Shown piece after piece: positions 8,404 through 16,488 of a stretch of DNA of 25,690 nt (the first letter of the stretch is position 1; each line of letters opens with the position of its first letter). Made by a program: the position numbers and the translations under genes. The notes under the pieces were generated by a model. It was not told the origin of the DNA. It did no database searches and worked only from the letters and a program-made list of their open reading frames with translations. The stretch is taken from positions 1-25,690 of IMG/VR virus record IMGVR_UViG_3300042507_002079; one strand, 5' to 3'. The DNA comes from a virus. Lineage: Duplodnaviria > Caudoviricetes.

Positions 8404-9440
8404 TGCCGTTTCAGTACACATTTCGTGCCGATGACATCACGACCTGGGAAGCGGAAACTCGTGACCTAGTCGAGAACCGTGACCGGGAATTTGAGTTGTA
8501 TTCGACGACGATTGATACATCGTTCTTAAACTTAAACGCTAGTAACCTTACATTAGGAACTGTGCCATCAGCTCGCATGACAGGCGCATACACGGGAATT
8601 ACTGGTGTAGGAACTTTGAGTGCTGGTTCTATCCCTGTGTCATTACTTACTGGCACAACTTTGCCTTCTAGCATTGTTACTTCATCGTTGACTTCTGTCG
8701 GTACTTTGACTTCTTTGACTACGACGGGTCAAGTAACAATGACTCGTGGCGCATTAGGCACAACGGCAGGAAACGAAATCGTTTTCTTAGACCCCAATGC
8801 GACAACATCTAACGGCGACAAACTTGATACTCGTTTGATACGCAACAGCAACGGAACAAGTTGGACAACTGCTGTTTGGCGTATGGGTCGCCTTGTTGAC
8901 TCAACGCGCATGGGTTTCATCCAGTTTGGTGATGGTGCTGGCGCGCAAGATGTTCGGTTTGGTGTTGGTACTACAACTTACGGAATTATTACTACTGGCG
9001 GTCTTACAGTTAGTAGCAACATTACTATTTCTGCATCAGGTTCAAGCCTTGTTGTTAATAACCCATCAACAGGCACAGGTAACGCTGCTCAATGGGTAAC
9101 CGCCTTTGGTGTTTACATTCTTATTAGAAACACTTCAACACGCAACGACAAAGAAAACTTACAACCGCTGAACGGCATTGTTACGCCAAGCATGATTGAT
9201 AATATTGACATCAGTTTGTGGAACAGAAAAGGTGCAACAGGCTTCCCCGAAATAGGGCCGATGGCAGAAGATATGGATGAAATTTCTCCGTTCTTGTCCA
9301 TCAGGGGTATGGACTGTGATGAAGAAGGAAACATCGTGCCAACTGCCCCTAGCGGTATCAACCAAAACTCTTGGTTGAGTTTGTTGACTTTGGGCATACA
9401 GGATCTTCGTAAACGAGTAGAACAATTGGAGACAACATGA
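8403..9440 (+). CDS. Tail fibre/spike with C-terminal S74-type intramolecular chaperone
   Basis: Gly/Thr/Ser-rich shaft with TGVGTL / TSVGTL repeats; C-terminus STRNDKENL...IGPMAEDM...IQDLRKRVEQLE matches the peptidase S74 pattern (S-x4-K, G-x2-A-E/Q, terminal coiled coil). Confidence 0.85.
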   Translation: MPFQYTFRADDITTWEAETRDLVENRDREFELYSTTIDTSFLNLNASNLTLGTVPSARMTGAYTGITGVGTLSAGSIPVSLLTGTTLPSSIVTSSLTSVGTLTSLTTTGQVTMTRGALGTTAGNEIVFLDPNATTSNGDKLDTRLIRNSNGTSWTTAVWRMGRLVDSTRMGFIQFGDGAGAQDVRFGVGTTTYGIITTGGLTVSSNITISASGSSLVVNNPSTGTGNAAQWVTAFGVYILIRNTSTRNDKENLQPLNGIVTPSMIDNIDISLWNRKGATGFPEIGPMAEDMDEISPFLSIRGMDCDEEGNIVPTAPSGINQNSWLSLLTLGIQDLRKRVEQLETT

Positions 9441-9580
9441 ACGAACAATTAGATGCAAACAAAGTTGTAGAGTCACTATTACGCCAAATAGTTGACTATG
9501 CTCAAAAAGTAGCGGTGCTAGAAGCCCGCCTCAACAGCACACCAGGAGAATCCAATGTCGAAACAGAGCTTGCTGACTGA
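9437..9580 (+). CDS. Small coiled-coil protein, 47 aa (absent from ORF track)
   Basis: ATGA overlap with fibre stop, GGAG RBS; MNEQLDANKVVESLLRQIVDYAQKVAVLEARLNSTPGESNVETELAD. Confidence 0.75.
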   Translation: MNEQLDANKVVESLLRQIVDYAQKVAVLEARLNSTPGESNVETELAD

Positions 9581-9806
9581 AATAGCGGTCATCAACAACG
9601 CTAGGTATGTCCCGGTGTGCGGATACCAAACACTCCTAGACACCCTAGACAAACCCGACCAGGTTGACCTACAAGCAGCCATGTCCGACCCCAGCATCCA
9701 ATGCTCCGCAATCGAGCGAGCGTTACGCCAACGAGGCAACAGCATCACAGCGACGACACTACGCCGTCACCGACGAGGGGACTGTTCTTGTGGCAGGACT
9801 AGCTGA
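9555..9806 (+). CDS. Small HTH-like/Zn-binding protein
   Basis: AGGAG RBS; early Cys, helix pair AIERALRQRG..ITATTLRRH, ending HRRGDCSC; directly upstream of the phosphoesterase. Confidence 0.75.
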   Translation: MSKQSLLTEIAVINNARYVPVCGYQTLLDTLDKPDQVDLQAAMSDPSIQCSAIERALRQRGNSITATTLRRHRRGDCSCGRTS

Positions 9807-10935
9807 AGACATCAACCGCCTAGGCGAAACCAAACGGCTGTCGCTGGGTCGCATCGCAGACCTACTTGACCGCAACGGGATTGACTTAGACGAAGTCGGC
9901 AAGATTCAGCGCGTCTCGCTGTACCAGTCGCTCACCAAGAACGACGAAGGCGAAGCCGAACTACACGACCTGACCGCAATCCAGTTCTCGCCCAAATGGG
10001 CAGAAGGCCCCGAATGGCCAGTCATCCAGCCAGGCCCACCAGTCAAACTCCCAGCCCGCAAACCCGCCAAAACCCTCTCAGGGTGGCGTAATTGTGCCAT
10101 CCTTCCCGATATGCAGATCGGCTACTACAGAGGCGTAGACGGGCAACTACAACCCACACACGACGAACAAGCGATCAAGGTCGCATTAGACATCGTCAAA
10201 GATGCCAACCCTGTACTCGTCGTCCTAGTCGGAGACAACCTAGACCTGCCCGAAATGTCCAAATACCGTCTGACTGCCCCATACCAGCAGACCACCCAAG
10301 CCACCATTGACCGTGCCACCACACTCTGCTTTGAAATCCGTGAAGCAGCACCCGACGCACGGATCGTATGGCTCGCAGGCAACCACGAAGAACGACTCCC
10401 CCGGTACTTGATTGACAACGCGAGCGCAGCGTTTGGTCTTCGACGAGGATCATCCCCCGAATCATGGCCAGTCATGTCAGTCCCGTTCCTATGCCGACTA
10501 GACGAATCCAACGTGGAGTATCTACCTGGATACCCTGCCAGCCACATTTGGATCACAGAGAATCTCAAAGTGATACACGGCGACAAGGTTGCTAGCGGTG
10601 GCAGTACCGCACACAAGTACCTTGCCACCCAAAAGGTCAGCGTCATCTACGGACATATCCACCGTCGAGAATGGGCAGAACGCACGAGAGACGACCACGA
10701 CGGCCCATCCACAATCCTCGCAGCGTCCCCAGGTTGCCTGGCTCGTATTGACGGCGCAGTCCCCAGTACCAAAGGTGGTGTAGACCTAGACGGCAGACCC
10801 CTCGTCCAGCACGAAGACTGGCAACAAGGATTAGCCATCATCCCGTTTGACCCTGAGACAAACAAGTTTTGTTACGAACAGATCGCTATTCATGACGGAT
10901 GGGCGATGTGGCGTGGTAAGAATTACGGGCAATGA
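9790..10935 (+). CDS. Calcineurin-like metallophosphoesterase
   Basis: Motifs PDMQIG, GDNLD, GNHE, HGD, GHIH; GTG start at 9790 with GAGGGG RBS preferred to the TTG at 9664. Confidence 0.9.
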   Translation: MAGLAEDINRLGETKRLSLGRIADLLDRNGIDLDEVGKIQRVSLYQSLTKNDEGEAELHDLTAIQFSPKWAEGPEWPVIQPGPPVKLPARKPAKTLSGWRNCAILPDMQIGYYRGVDGQLQPTHDEQAIKVALDIVKDANPVLVVLVGDNLDLPEMSKYRLTAPYQQTTQATIDRATTLCFEIREAAPDARIVWLAGNHEERLPRYLIDNASAAFGLRRGSSPESWPVMSVPFLCRLDESNVEYLPGYPASHIWITENLKVIHGDKVASGGSTAHKYLATQKVSVIYGHIHRREWAERTRDDHDGPSTILAASPGCLARIDGAVPSTKGGVDLDGRPLVQHEDWQQGLAIIPFDPETNKFCYEQIAIHDGWAMWRGKNYGQ

Positions 10936-11252
10936 AACCTGTACTTGTCATATGGAACGACGCTCATGCCGGGACATCCACATGGGAACGCATTGAAGAC
11001 CTTGTGGACAACGAGCCGTACGAAGTTAAATCTGTCGGTTTCTTAATGACAACTAAGGCTGGTGGCAAACGAAGTCACGTCTCGATTACCCAATCTTGGT
11101 CGGCTGATGGGTGTGTAGACTCGGTTCTCCATATCCCTGCCAAGATGGTTGTCAGGGTCATTAACTTGGCCGAGGAAACCGATGAACATTTCAATAAAAC
11201 TGGTACAAACAGCCCTGCATTATCTAAAGCGAGCAACCCCACGGGGACGTGA
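10932..11252 (+). CDS. Hypothetical protein (W-x-DA ... SVG ... IP pattern)
   Basis: 106 aa, ATGA overlap; VLVIWNDAH...W...KSVGFL...HIPAKMV resembles a recurrent small beta-barrel-like phage family (from recollection). Confidence 0.75.
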   Translation: MKPVLVIWNDAHAGTSTWERIEDLVDNEPYEVKSVGFLMTTKAGGKRSHVSITQSWSADGCVDSVLHIPAKMVVRVINLAEETDEHFNKTGTNSPALSKASNPTGT

Positions 11253-11316
11253 AGAAGAAGACGAACTAGCCAATCTGATCTACGCGTTAGAGAAGTTACT
11301 CGACAAGAAAAAGTAG
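11182..11316 (+). CDS. Small helical protein, 44 aa (absent from ORF track)
   Basis: GAGGA RBS; MNISIKLVQTALHYLKRATPRGREEEDELANLIYALEKLLDKKK; fills the gap before the next gene. Confidence 0.65.
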   Translation: MNISIKLVQTALHYLKRATPRGREEEDELANLIYALEKLLDKKK

Positions 11317-11327
11317 TGGTGTATTCT
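11300..11327 (+). promoter_or_regulatory. Putative leaderless promoter
   Basis: TCGACA (11300-11305), 16 nt, TATTCT (11322-11327), 6 nt, GTG start at 11334. Confidence 0.55.
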
Positions 11328-11333
11328 GTATAG

Positions 11334-12401
11334 GTGAAACATCTGTCCCGCCTTGGAATCTTTGCCGTATGCCTCATGGCCATGGTTCCCCACGCCCGTG
11401 CAGAAGATCGACTGATCGTTAGCGCACCAACCGATTACTGGTTCACCTTTACTGAAGAAACCGTATTTGTAGCCACAACCTATCAGTCGGGCGATCTACC
11501 ATCTGACCCGCAATTGTGGCTGTATGCAGGGGATTTGTTGCTTTTTACAAACGACGATTACTTAGGGCTTCAATCCCATATTGAAATAACGCTTCAACCA
11601 GGCGACTACCGTCTCCGAGCTAGCACCTGCTGCTACGAACCTGACGTGTGGCGCGATGGCATCGTTTGGAATATCCAATACGAGTTGTATTACACCGGGA
11701 TACAAATAGAACCAACCACCACCACCATTCAGGAGACGACAACCACGACATGGGAGCCAACTACAACATCCACGGAACCGACGACGACCTCTACTACTAC
11801 TGCCCCAACAACGAGTGTCCCTGTCGAGGAACCACCGACCACCGTGGAAACGACAACTACCTCGTCTTCCACTACAACCACGACAACTACCGAGGCCCCG
11901 ACGACTACGGCACAGACCGTACCCGTGACGACGACTCTGCCACCGACGACGACTACCAGCACTACGACCACATCTTTGGCTCCTACAACGACGGTGACGA
12001 CTTCCACCCCGCCTACCGAACCGCCTACAACGACTACCTTGCCACCAAGCGACAGTCCACCACCGCCTGACGCAAGCCCAGCCGAACTGGTCGCCTACCT
12101 AGACACCGTCACCGCCGAAAACCTGGCGACCCTAGACACCGAAGAAATCACACAGCTCGTAGACGACATTGCTACCGCCGAACTGACAGACGAACAAGCC
12201 GAACAGATCGCCCTAGCCCTTACTGATGCCCCGGCTGAAGTCAAAGAAGCGTTCCAAGAAGCAGTCAACGTCTTCGGTGGACAATTTGATTCCTATGTCC
12301 CAACAGGCTCGACCGTGCCTGTCGGAACTCGTAGAACCCTTATAGCGGTCACAACTGCCACCTTCGCAGCGTCCACCCCTATAAGTAGAAAGAAGCCGTA
12401 A
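11334..12401 (+). CDS. Exported protein: signal peptide, PPC-like beta domain, Thr/Pro-rich stalk, acidic helical domain, hydrophobic/basic tail
   Basis: MKHLSRLGIFAVCLMAMVPHARA signal (A-x-A); DPQLWLY...NDD...SHIEITLQPGDYRLRA is PPC-like; about 120-aa T/P tract. Confidence 0.85.
   Translation: MKHLSRLGIFAVCLMAMVPHARAEDRLIVSAPTDYWFTFTEETVFVATTYQSGDLPSDPQLWLYAGDLLLFTNDDYLGLQSHIEITLQPGDYRLRASTCCYEPDVWRDGIVWNIQYELYYTGIQIEPTTTTIQETTTTTWEPTTTSTEPTTTSTTTAPTTSVPVEEPPTTVETTTTSSSTTTTTTTEAPTTTAQTVPVTTTLPPTTTTSTTTTSLAPTTTVTTSTPPTEPPTTTTLPPSDSPPPPDASPAELVAYLDTVTAENLATLDTEEITQLVDDIATAELTDEQAEQIALALTDAPAEVKEAFQEAVNVFGGQFDSYVPTGSTVPVGTRRTLIAVTTATFAASTPISRKKP
11712..12066 (+). repeat. Low-complexity Thr/Pro-coding tract (ACN codon runs)
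   Basis: Degenerate ACC/ACG/ACT/ACA runs encoding EPTTTT-like units. Confidence 0.85.
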
Positions 12402-12562
12402 TGAAAAAACCAGTCAAAACAGTCATCGAATCAGCGATCATGTCAGGGTCACTTGGCCTAGTTCTGATTACCTTGTCAGGCACAACCCGAACCCAGGCGT
12501 TAGTTATCTCTATCGTCTCCGTCGGACTGTTCTTTGTGTCGTCGCTGGCCGACCGTGACTAG
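12401..12562 (+). CDS. Two-TM membrane protein, 53 aa (absent from ORF track)
   Basis: TAATG coupling to upstream gene; MKKPVKTVIESAIMSGSLGLVLITLSGTTRTQALVISIVSVGLFFVSSLADRD. Confidence 0.75.
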   Translation: MKKPVKTVIESAIMSGSLGLVLITLSGTTRTQALVISIVSVGLFFVSSLADRD

Positions 12563-12572
12563 ACTAGAACCC

Positions 12573-12728
12573 ATGACCAAGCCAGTAAAGACAGCATTAA
12601 TAGCACCAATAGTGCTAGCCTGCGTTTTACTATCCCAATGCTCAGACAGGTACAGGTACCCTTGTGACAACCCAGCCAACATCGGAAAACCCGAATGCCC
12701 GCCCGCAACGGTCAATCCCGCCCCGTAA
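12573..12728 (+). CDS. Small Cys-containing lipoprotein-like protein, 51 aa
   Basis: TAGACT 7 nt before ATG 12573; hydrophobic segment, lipobox-like LSQC, then DRYRYPCDNPANIGKPECPP. Confidence 0.7.
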   Translation: MTKPVKTALIAPIVLACVLLSQCSDRYRYPCDNPANIGKPECPPATVNPAP

Positions 12729-12735
12729 AAAGCGC

Positions 12736-12981
12736 ATGGATCAAAACGAACTAGACGCTCGACTGCGCTTCTATGTCGGTATCGGACTCATCATTATCGT
12801 CGGACTTATCGTCTGCACGATGCTGTTCGGACTGCTATTCGTCGTACAGCCGCTCGACGCTCAATCGCCCAATGACAAAGCAATGCTTGAAATGCTCGGC
12901 CCGATTTGCTATACATTGGTAGGAGCTGCCGTCGGGATCGTTGCGACACGCAGTAACCGCCAAGACCCACCATCCGAATAA
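12736..12981 (+). CDS. Two-TM membrane protein (holin-like candidate); start uncertain
   Basis: ELDARLRF, TM1, QPLDAQSPNDKA loop, TM2; the frame is open further upstream to a GTG at 12664. Confidence 0.75.
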   Translation: MDQNELDARLRFYVGIGLIIIVGLIVCTMLFGLLFVVQPLDAQSPNDKAMLEMLGPICYTLVGAAVGIVATRSNRQDPPSE

Positions 12982-12994
12982 CCAGGAGCCTGCC

Positions 12995-13204
12995 ATGCCC
13001 TTAGTACAAGCCAACATCATTTTCACCATTGACACAGATTTCCTGCCACCCGAAATACCGGGAATGGACACCCACGACGGCGATGTCGTACCACCCATTT
13101 CAGGTGCTGAACAAGTCGTGTACGAAGTATTCAAGAAGATACAAGAAGTGCTACCCGAAAAGGTACACGCCTTCATACACACATCTACCCTGCTAGATCG
13201 CTAG
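12995..13204 (+). CDS. Hypothetical protein, 69 aa
   Basis: AGGAG RBS before ATG 12995; fills the gap before the endolysin. Confidence 0.7.
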   Translation: MPLVQANIIFTIDTDFLPPEIPGMDTHDGDVVPPISGAEQVVYEVFKKIQEVLPEKVHAFIHTSTLLDR

Positions 13205-13226
13205 TTCTTCTGCTAGCGTGTCTTAA

Positions 13227-13976
13227 ATGGCACGCAAATACACAGGCTACGACGGCGACGCAACTGGCAAACAAGCTGGTTTAGAAGAACTTGTACGTCA
13301 ACTATGTAGCAGATTCCCCCTGTTTAACAACGGTACTTGGGTTGTTCGCAACATGAACAATGCCAACCTGTCAAAGCCAAAGCCGTCAGTCCATTCTACT
13401 GGCCGTGCAGCCGACCTCTCATGGCGCAAGTCAGGCAAGAAAGGCTCAGGCAACTACGCCGACGCTGTCGCGCTACTTGACTTCCTAGTGCTACACGCCG
13501 AAGCCCTACAGATCGAAGAATTACACGACTACTTCCCGCAACCACACGGTCGAGGCTGGAAATGCGACCGGGAATCGTGGAAGGTATATGACAAGCCGAC
13601 GATTGGTTCAGCCCCTGGTGGCGACTGGATCCACCTAGAAATTTCTCCCCTTCACGCACAGAACGCCCTGTACTACAAGGAATTCTTTGCAAACCTCGCG
13701 ACAGCATCGGGAGAAAGTCCTTCTCCGCTAACTCCCGGTGCTGGCGCACCTGCCCCCGTGTCAGCCCCTTTAGCATTTGCGTATCCTGGGAAACCGTTGA
13801 AGATCGGTTCCAAGGGCGACGCTGTGAAACTCGTGCAGGCAGTCGTTGGCGGTGTGATTACCGATGGCGATTTTGGGAAGAAGACTGACCACCGTGTCAA
13901 AGAATGGCAGTTCGCCCACAACATTGCAGCCGACGGCATCGTCGGGCCTGTCTCGTGGAAAGCCATGTTCGGCTGA
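13227..13976 (+). CDS. Endolysin: M15-type Zn peptidase plus C-terminal peptidoglycan-binding domain
   Basis: SVHSTGRAADL and WIHLE (H-x6-D...H Zn ligands), Pro/Ala linker, PGBD-like LKIGSKGDAVKLVQ...DGDFGKKT...ADGIVGPVSW; extended -10 TGCTAGCGT 7 nt before ATG. Confidence 0.9.
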   Translation: MARKYTGYDGDATGKQAGLEELVRQLCSRFPLFNNGTWVVRNMNNANLSKPKPSVHSTGRAADLSWRKSGKKGSGNYADAVALLDFLVLHAEALQIEELHDYFPQPHGRGWKCDRESWKVYDKPTIGSAPGGDWIHLEISPLHAQNALYYKEFFANLATASGESPSPLTPGAGAPAPVSAPLAFAYPGKPLKIGSKGDAVKLVQAVVGGVITDGDFGKKTDHRVKEWQFAHNIAADGIVGPVSWKAMFG

Positions 13977-14230
13977 TGGAAGCGGTCGTTGTCGCAGTCG
14001 TCACGGGAGTGTTCGCCGTTTTAGCAATCCTCGTTGAGAAGGGTCGCAAAGAGAACAAGCGTGACCACGGGAACGTGATGGATCGACTAGACCTCGTCTC
14101 ATCAGAGATACGCAAAGACATTCGCCAGGTGCGTTACGAACTGAACGATCATGCCAATGGGCCAGCCCACAACACAAAGCCTGTTGTTTCTGCTAAAATC
14201 CCATTGAAGAAACGACCGAAGGCTGGATAG
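13976..14230 (+). CDS. Holin-like/lysis membrane protein (N-terminal TM plus coiled coil)
   Basis: TGATG coupling to endolysin; MEAVVVAVVTGVFAVLAILV then charged helix ending L-x2-H. Confidence 0.7.
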   Translation: MEAVVVAVVTGVFAVLAILVEKGRKENKRDHGNVMDRLDLVSSEIRKDIRQVRYELNDHANGPAHNTKPVVSAKIPLKKRPKAG

Positions 14231-14250
14231 CCAGTAGGAACTCTAAGGAG
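14191..14250 (+). promoter_or_regulatory. Extended -10 promoter and leader with GGAU-loop hairpin for internal-protein operon
   Basis: TGCTAAAAT 14191-14199; GGCT-GGAT-AGCC 14221-14232; TAAGGAG RBS 14244-14250. Confidence 0.6.
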
Positions 14251-14255
14251 CATCT

Positions 14256-14795
14256 ATGGCAGAGACAGCGACAGCCGAGTATTACAGAAAACAAAACGAG
14301 TTAAACAAAGCCAAACTCAAGACTGACTACGAACAGTATCTTGCCGACCTTGCTACTAAATACGGCATTTCAAGCGGGCAGTTAAACGCCAACCTTGAGT
14401 CCCGTGGCATCCTTCGATCAGGCGAAGCAGGCACAGCCCAAACACGACTAGGTGCAGCTAACGAAGCAGCGCGAACAAGTGCTACAACTAATTACGATTA
14501 CAACGTAGCAAGTGAAGACGTTAACTTGGCGACCCAACTAGCTGGTTTGCAATCGTCAACCCCTGCAGCGACCCCTGCCCCAGCTACCCCAGCTACCACA
14601 ACAGTTGACTACTCAGGCGTTGACTTTAATGCACTTGGTCGTTGGATGGCCCAAATTGAAAAAGACAAAAAAGATAAAGCTCAAGTAGCCGCTGCTCCAG
14701 GATTAAACTGGAATGCAGTAGCGGGATGGGGTGGGGGTACAGGAAATCGACCTGCTACTACAACCGTCACACCACCAAAGCCGTGGCAACGCTGA
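14256..14795 (+). CDS. Probable internal virion (ejection) protein 1
   Basis: 179 aa, Ala/Thr/Gln-rich helical, LESRGILRSG motif of a type seen in podovirus pilot proteins; strong RBS. Confidence 0.65.
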   Translation: MAETATAEYYRKQNELNKAKLKTDYEQYLADLATKYGISSGQLNANLESRGILRSGEAGTAQTRLGAANEAARTSATTNYDYNVASEDVNLATQLAGLQSSTPAATPAPATPATTTVDYSGVDFNALGRWMAQIEKDKKDKAQVAAAPGLNWNAVAGWGGGTGNRPATTTVTPPKPWQR

Positions 14796-15325
14796 TGGCA
14801 TTTGACCTTTCAACACCTGCCGCCCAACTTGCCTGGGGTGTATACCAACGCGGCCAAGAAGTACAAGACTACAAAGACAAACTTGCCGAAGAAGCACGCG
14901 CTCGTGTCCAAGCCCAACTTGCACCATTTGGTAACCAAAACGACGCGACAACAGCAACCTTCAACAGCATCTACGGCCCTGCCGCAGCAACCCAACAAGC
15001 GCGTGCCAAAGCCATGCAAGAGTATGTGAAAGGGCTACCCGAACTACTTGCTCGCGTTAAAGCCGAAAAAAGATCAGGCTCAGGCGGGGGTGGCGGTCGT
15101 AGCAAATTTGTGCCACAACCATATGTGAGTCCCGAAGATTACTTAAAATTTTTGCTAGGTGGACAAGGTGGCAACGGTCAACCAATCGCTGTTCAAAAAG
15201 ATTTAGGTGGCGGAATGACTTACGGAAACGTCGGTGGATACGGTGCGGTATACCCAACAGGCTCAACAGGCCCTACAGTCAGACCCAAGTTCCAACGCAC
15301 AGTCAACGCAGACAGGTTTGGCTGA
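14795..15325 (+). CDS. Probable internal virion protein 2
   Basis: 176 aa from ATG overlapping previous TGA; Ala/Gln helices and Gly-rich linker. Confidence 0.6.
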   Translation: MAFDLSTPAAQLAWGVYQRGQEVQDYKDKLAEEARARVQAQLAPFGNQNDATTATFNSIYGPAAATQQARAKAMQEYVKGLPELLARVKAEKRSGSGGGGGRSKFVPQPYVSPEDYLKFLLGGQGGNGQPIAVQKDLGGGMTYGNVGGYGAVYPTGSTGPTVRPKFQRTVNADRFG

Positions 15326-16488
15326 TGGCTCCTAAGATCGGCCCTCGTGGCATCACGATTCAAGACGTGCGGCGCGTAGCCACAAATGGCCTACCCAAAG
15401 ACACCGGGGAATCGCAATACATTTACGCCCCACCTTCTCGATTGACCCCAGCCTACAACCCTGAACTTTTGGCGGCTCTTATGGCGGGTCAAGCGCAACC
15501 TAGTTACGGCGAAAAATACGGTGGGTTCCCAACGCGAGAAATGTTGAACGACGCAGCTTTGGGTTACGCCTTAAACATTCGCGACATAGGCGATTACGCA
15601 GGATATAAAGCTGCAGAACTGAATGCCCCATTGGAGCGCGAACTTACTAGCGTTTATGATTCTGCTGATGGATACGACGCGTTTGCAGCTGAAATTGCTA
15701 AAGGCAGAGCGAAACAAAGCAACATCCGAAGCGCATTTGGTGAAAAACAACCATCAGCAATTATGGATTTAGCAGGACAACAACGAACCAAAGCCGAAGC
15801 AGATCGCCAAGCTGCCCTAGCCAAATACAGGTCTGATGCTGAATCTGCGTACACAAGCGATTTCAACACCCAAGTTGATCCTTACCAACAGATCGCAGAA
15901 ACTATTTACGGTACGCCAGTCTCACAGCTCGCTCGACAAGCACTCATAACCCAATACGGCGTTGACCCCAACGTGGCGCGCGCAACCTTCACCGAACAAA
16001 CAGACCTTGACTACGCCAAACTTCTACGAGACTCAGAACTTGCCGCGCAAGGTATTGACTTCTCGATGAGCGAAGGCGAAATGATCTACAACTCACAGGG
16101 GCCTGAAGCATACAGGGTTTACCAAGAACAAAAAACTTACGAAGCGATGTATGGCACGCCAGCAGAACAAGCCAAAGCCCAACAAGATTTGATTGACTCA
16201 CAATACGCCCCAGTTGACGCAGAAATTTTGGATGAATGGGGCATCACGCCAAAAGAAGTAACCGGGGCAGATGCCGAAACAGTTCGTGCGCTGTTTCTAG
16301 ATCCCGAATTCTTGTCAACATGGATTAGGCCGTCCGTTGAACTTCTTGATGCCAGTAATGGGGTTACTTCGGGTGCTGATATTGCAGGTCAACAAGCACA
16401 AGCATATTTGAAAGTTAACCCTAACGATTACTTGAGGGCTAGAACACTTGCAGCAATCATCGCAGAGTTTGATTTCTTGAGTCGCTGA
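15325..16488 (+). CDS. Probable internal virion protein 3
   Basis: 387 aa, helical Ala/Gln-rich, TGATG-coupled on both sides. Confidence 0.6.
   Translation: MAPKIGPRGITIQDVRRVATNGLPKDTGESQYIYAPPSRLTPAYNPELLAALMAGQAQPSYGEKYGGFPTREMLNDAALGYALNIRDIGDYAGYKAAELNAPLERELTSVYDSADGYDAFAAEIAKGRAKQSNIRSAFGEKQPSAIMDLAGQQRTKAEADRQAALAKYRSDAESAYTSDFNTQVDPYQQIAETIYGTPVSQLARQALITQYGVDPNVARATFTEQTDLDYAKLLRDSELAAQGIDFSMSEGEMIYNSQGPEAYRVYQEQKTYEAMYGTPAEQAKAQQDLIDSQYAPVDAEILDEWGITPKEVTGADAETVRALFLDPEFLSTWIRPSVELLDASNGVTSGADIAGQQAQAYLKVNPNDYLRARTLAAIIAEFDFLSR

Noticed and set aside
8403-9440. Diversity-generating retroelement target or invertible fibre cassette
   Set aside because: No reverse transcriptase, invertase or duplicated template repeat seen in the window
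9664-9789. Longer TTG-started N-terminus for the phosphoesterase
   Set aside because: It overlaps most of the upstream gene; GTG 9790 has a good RBS
11712-12066. Possible CRISPR or tandem DNA repeat array
   Set aside because: Repeats are degenerate at third codon positions with no constant repeat-spacer period; this is protein-level low complexity
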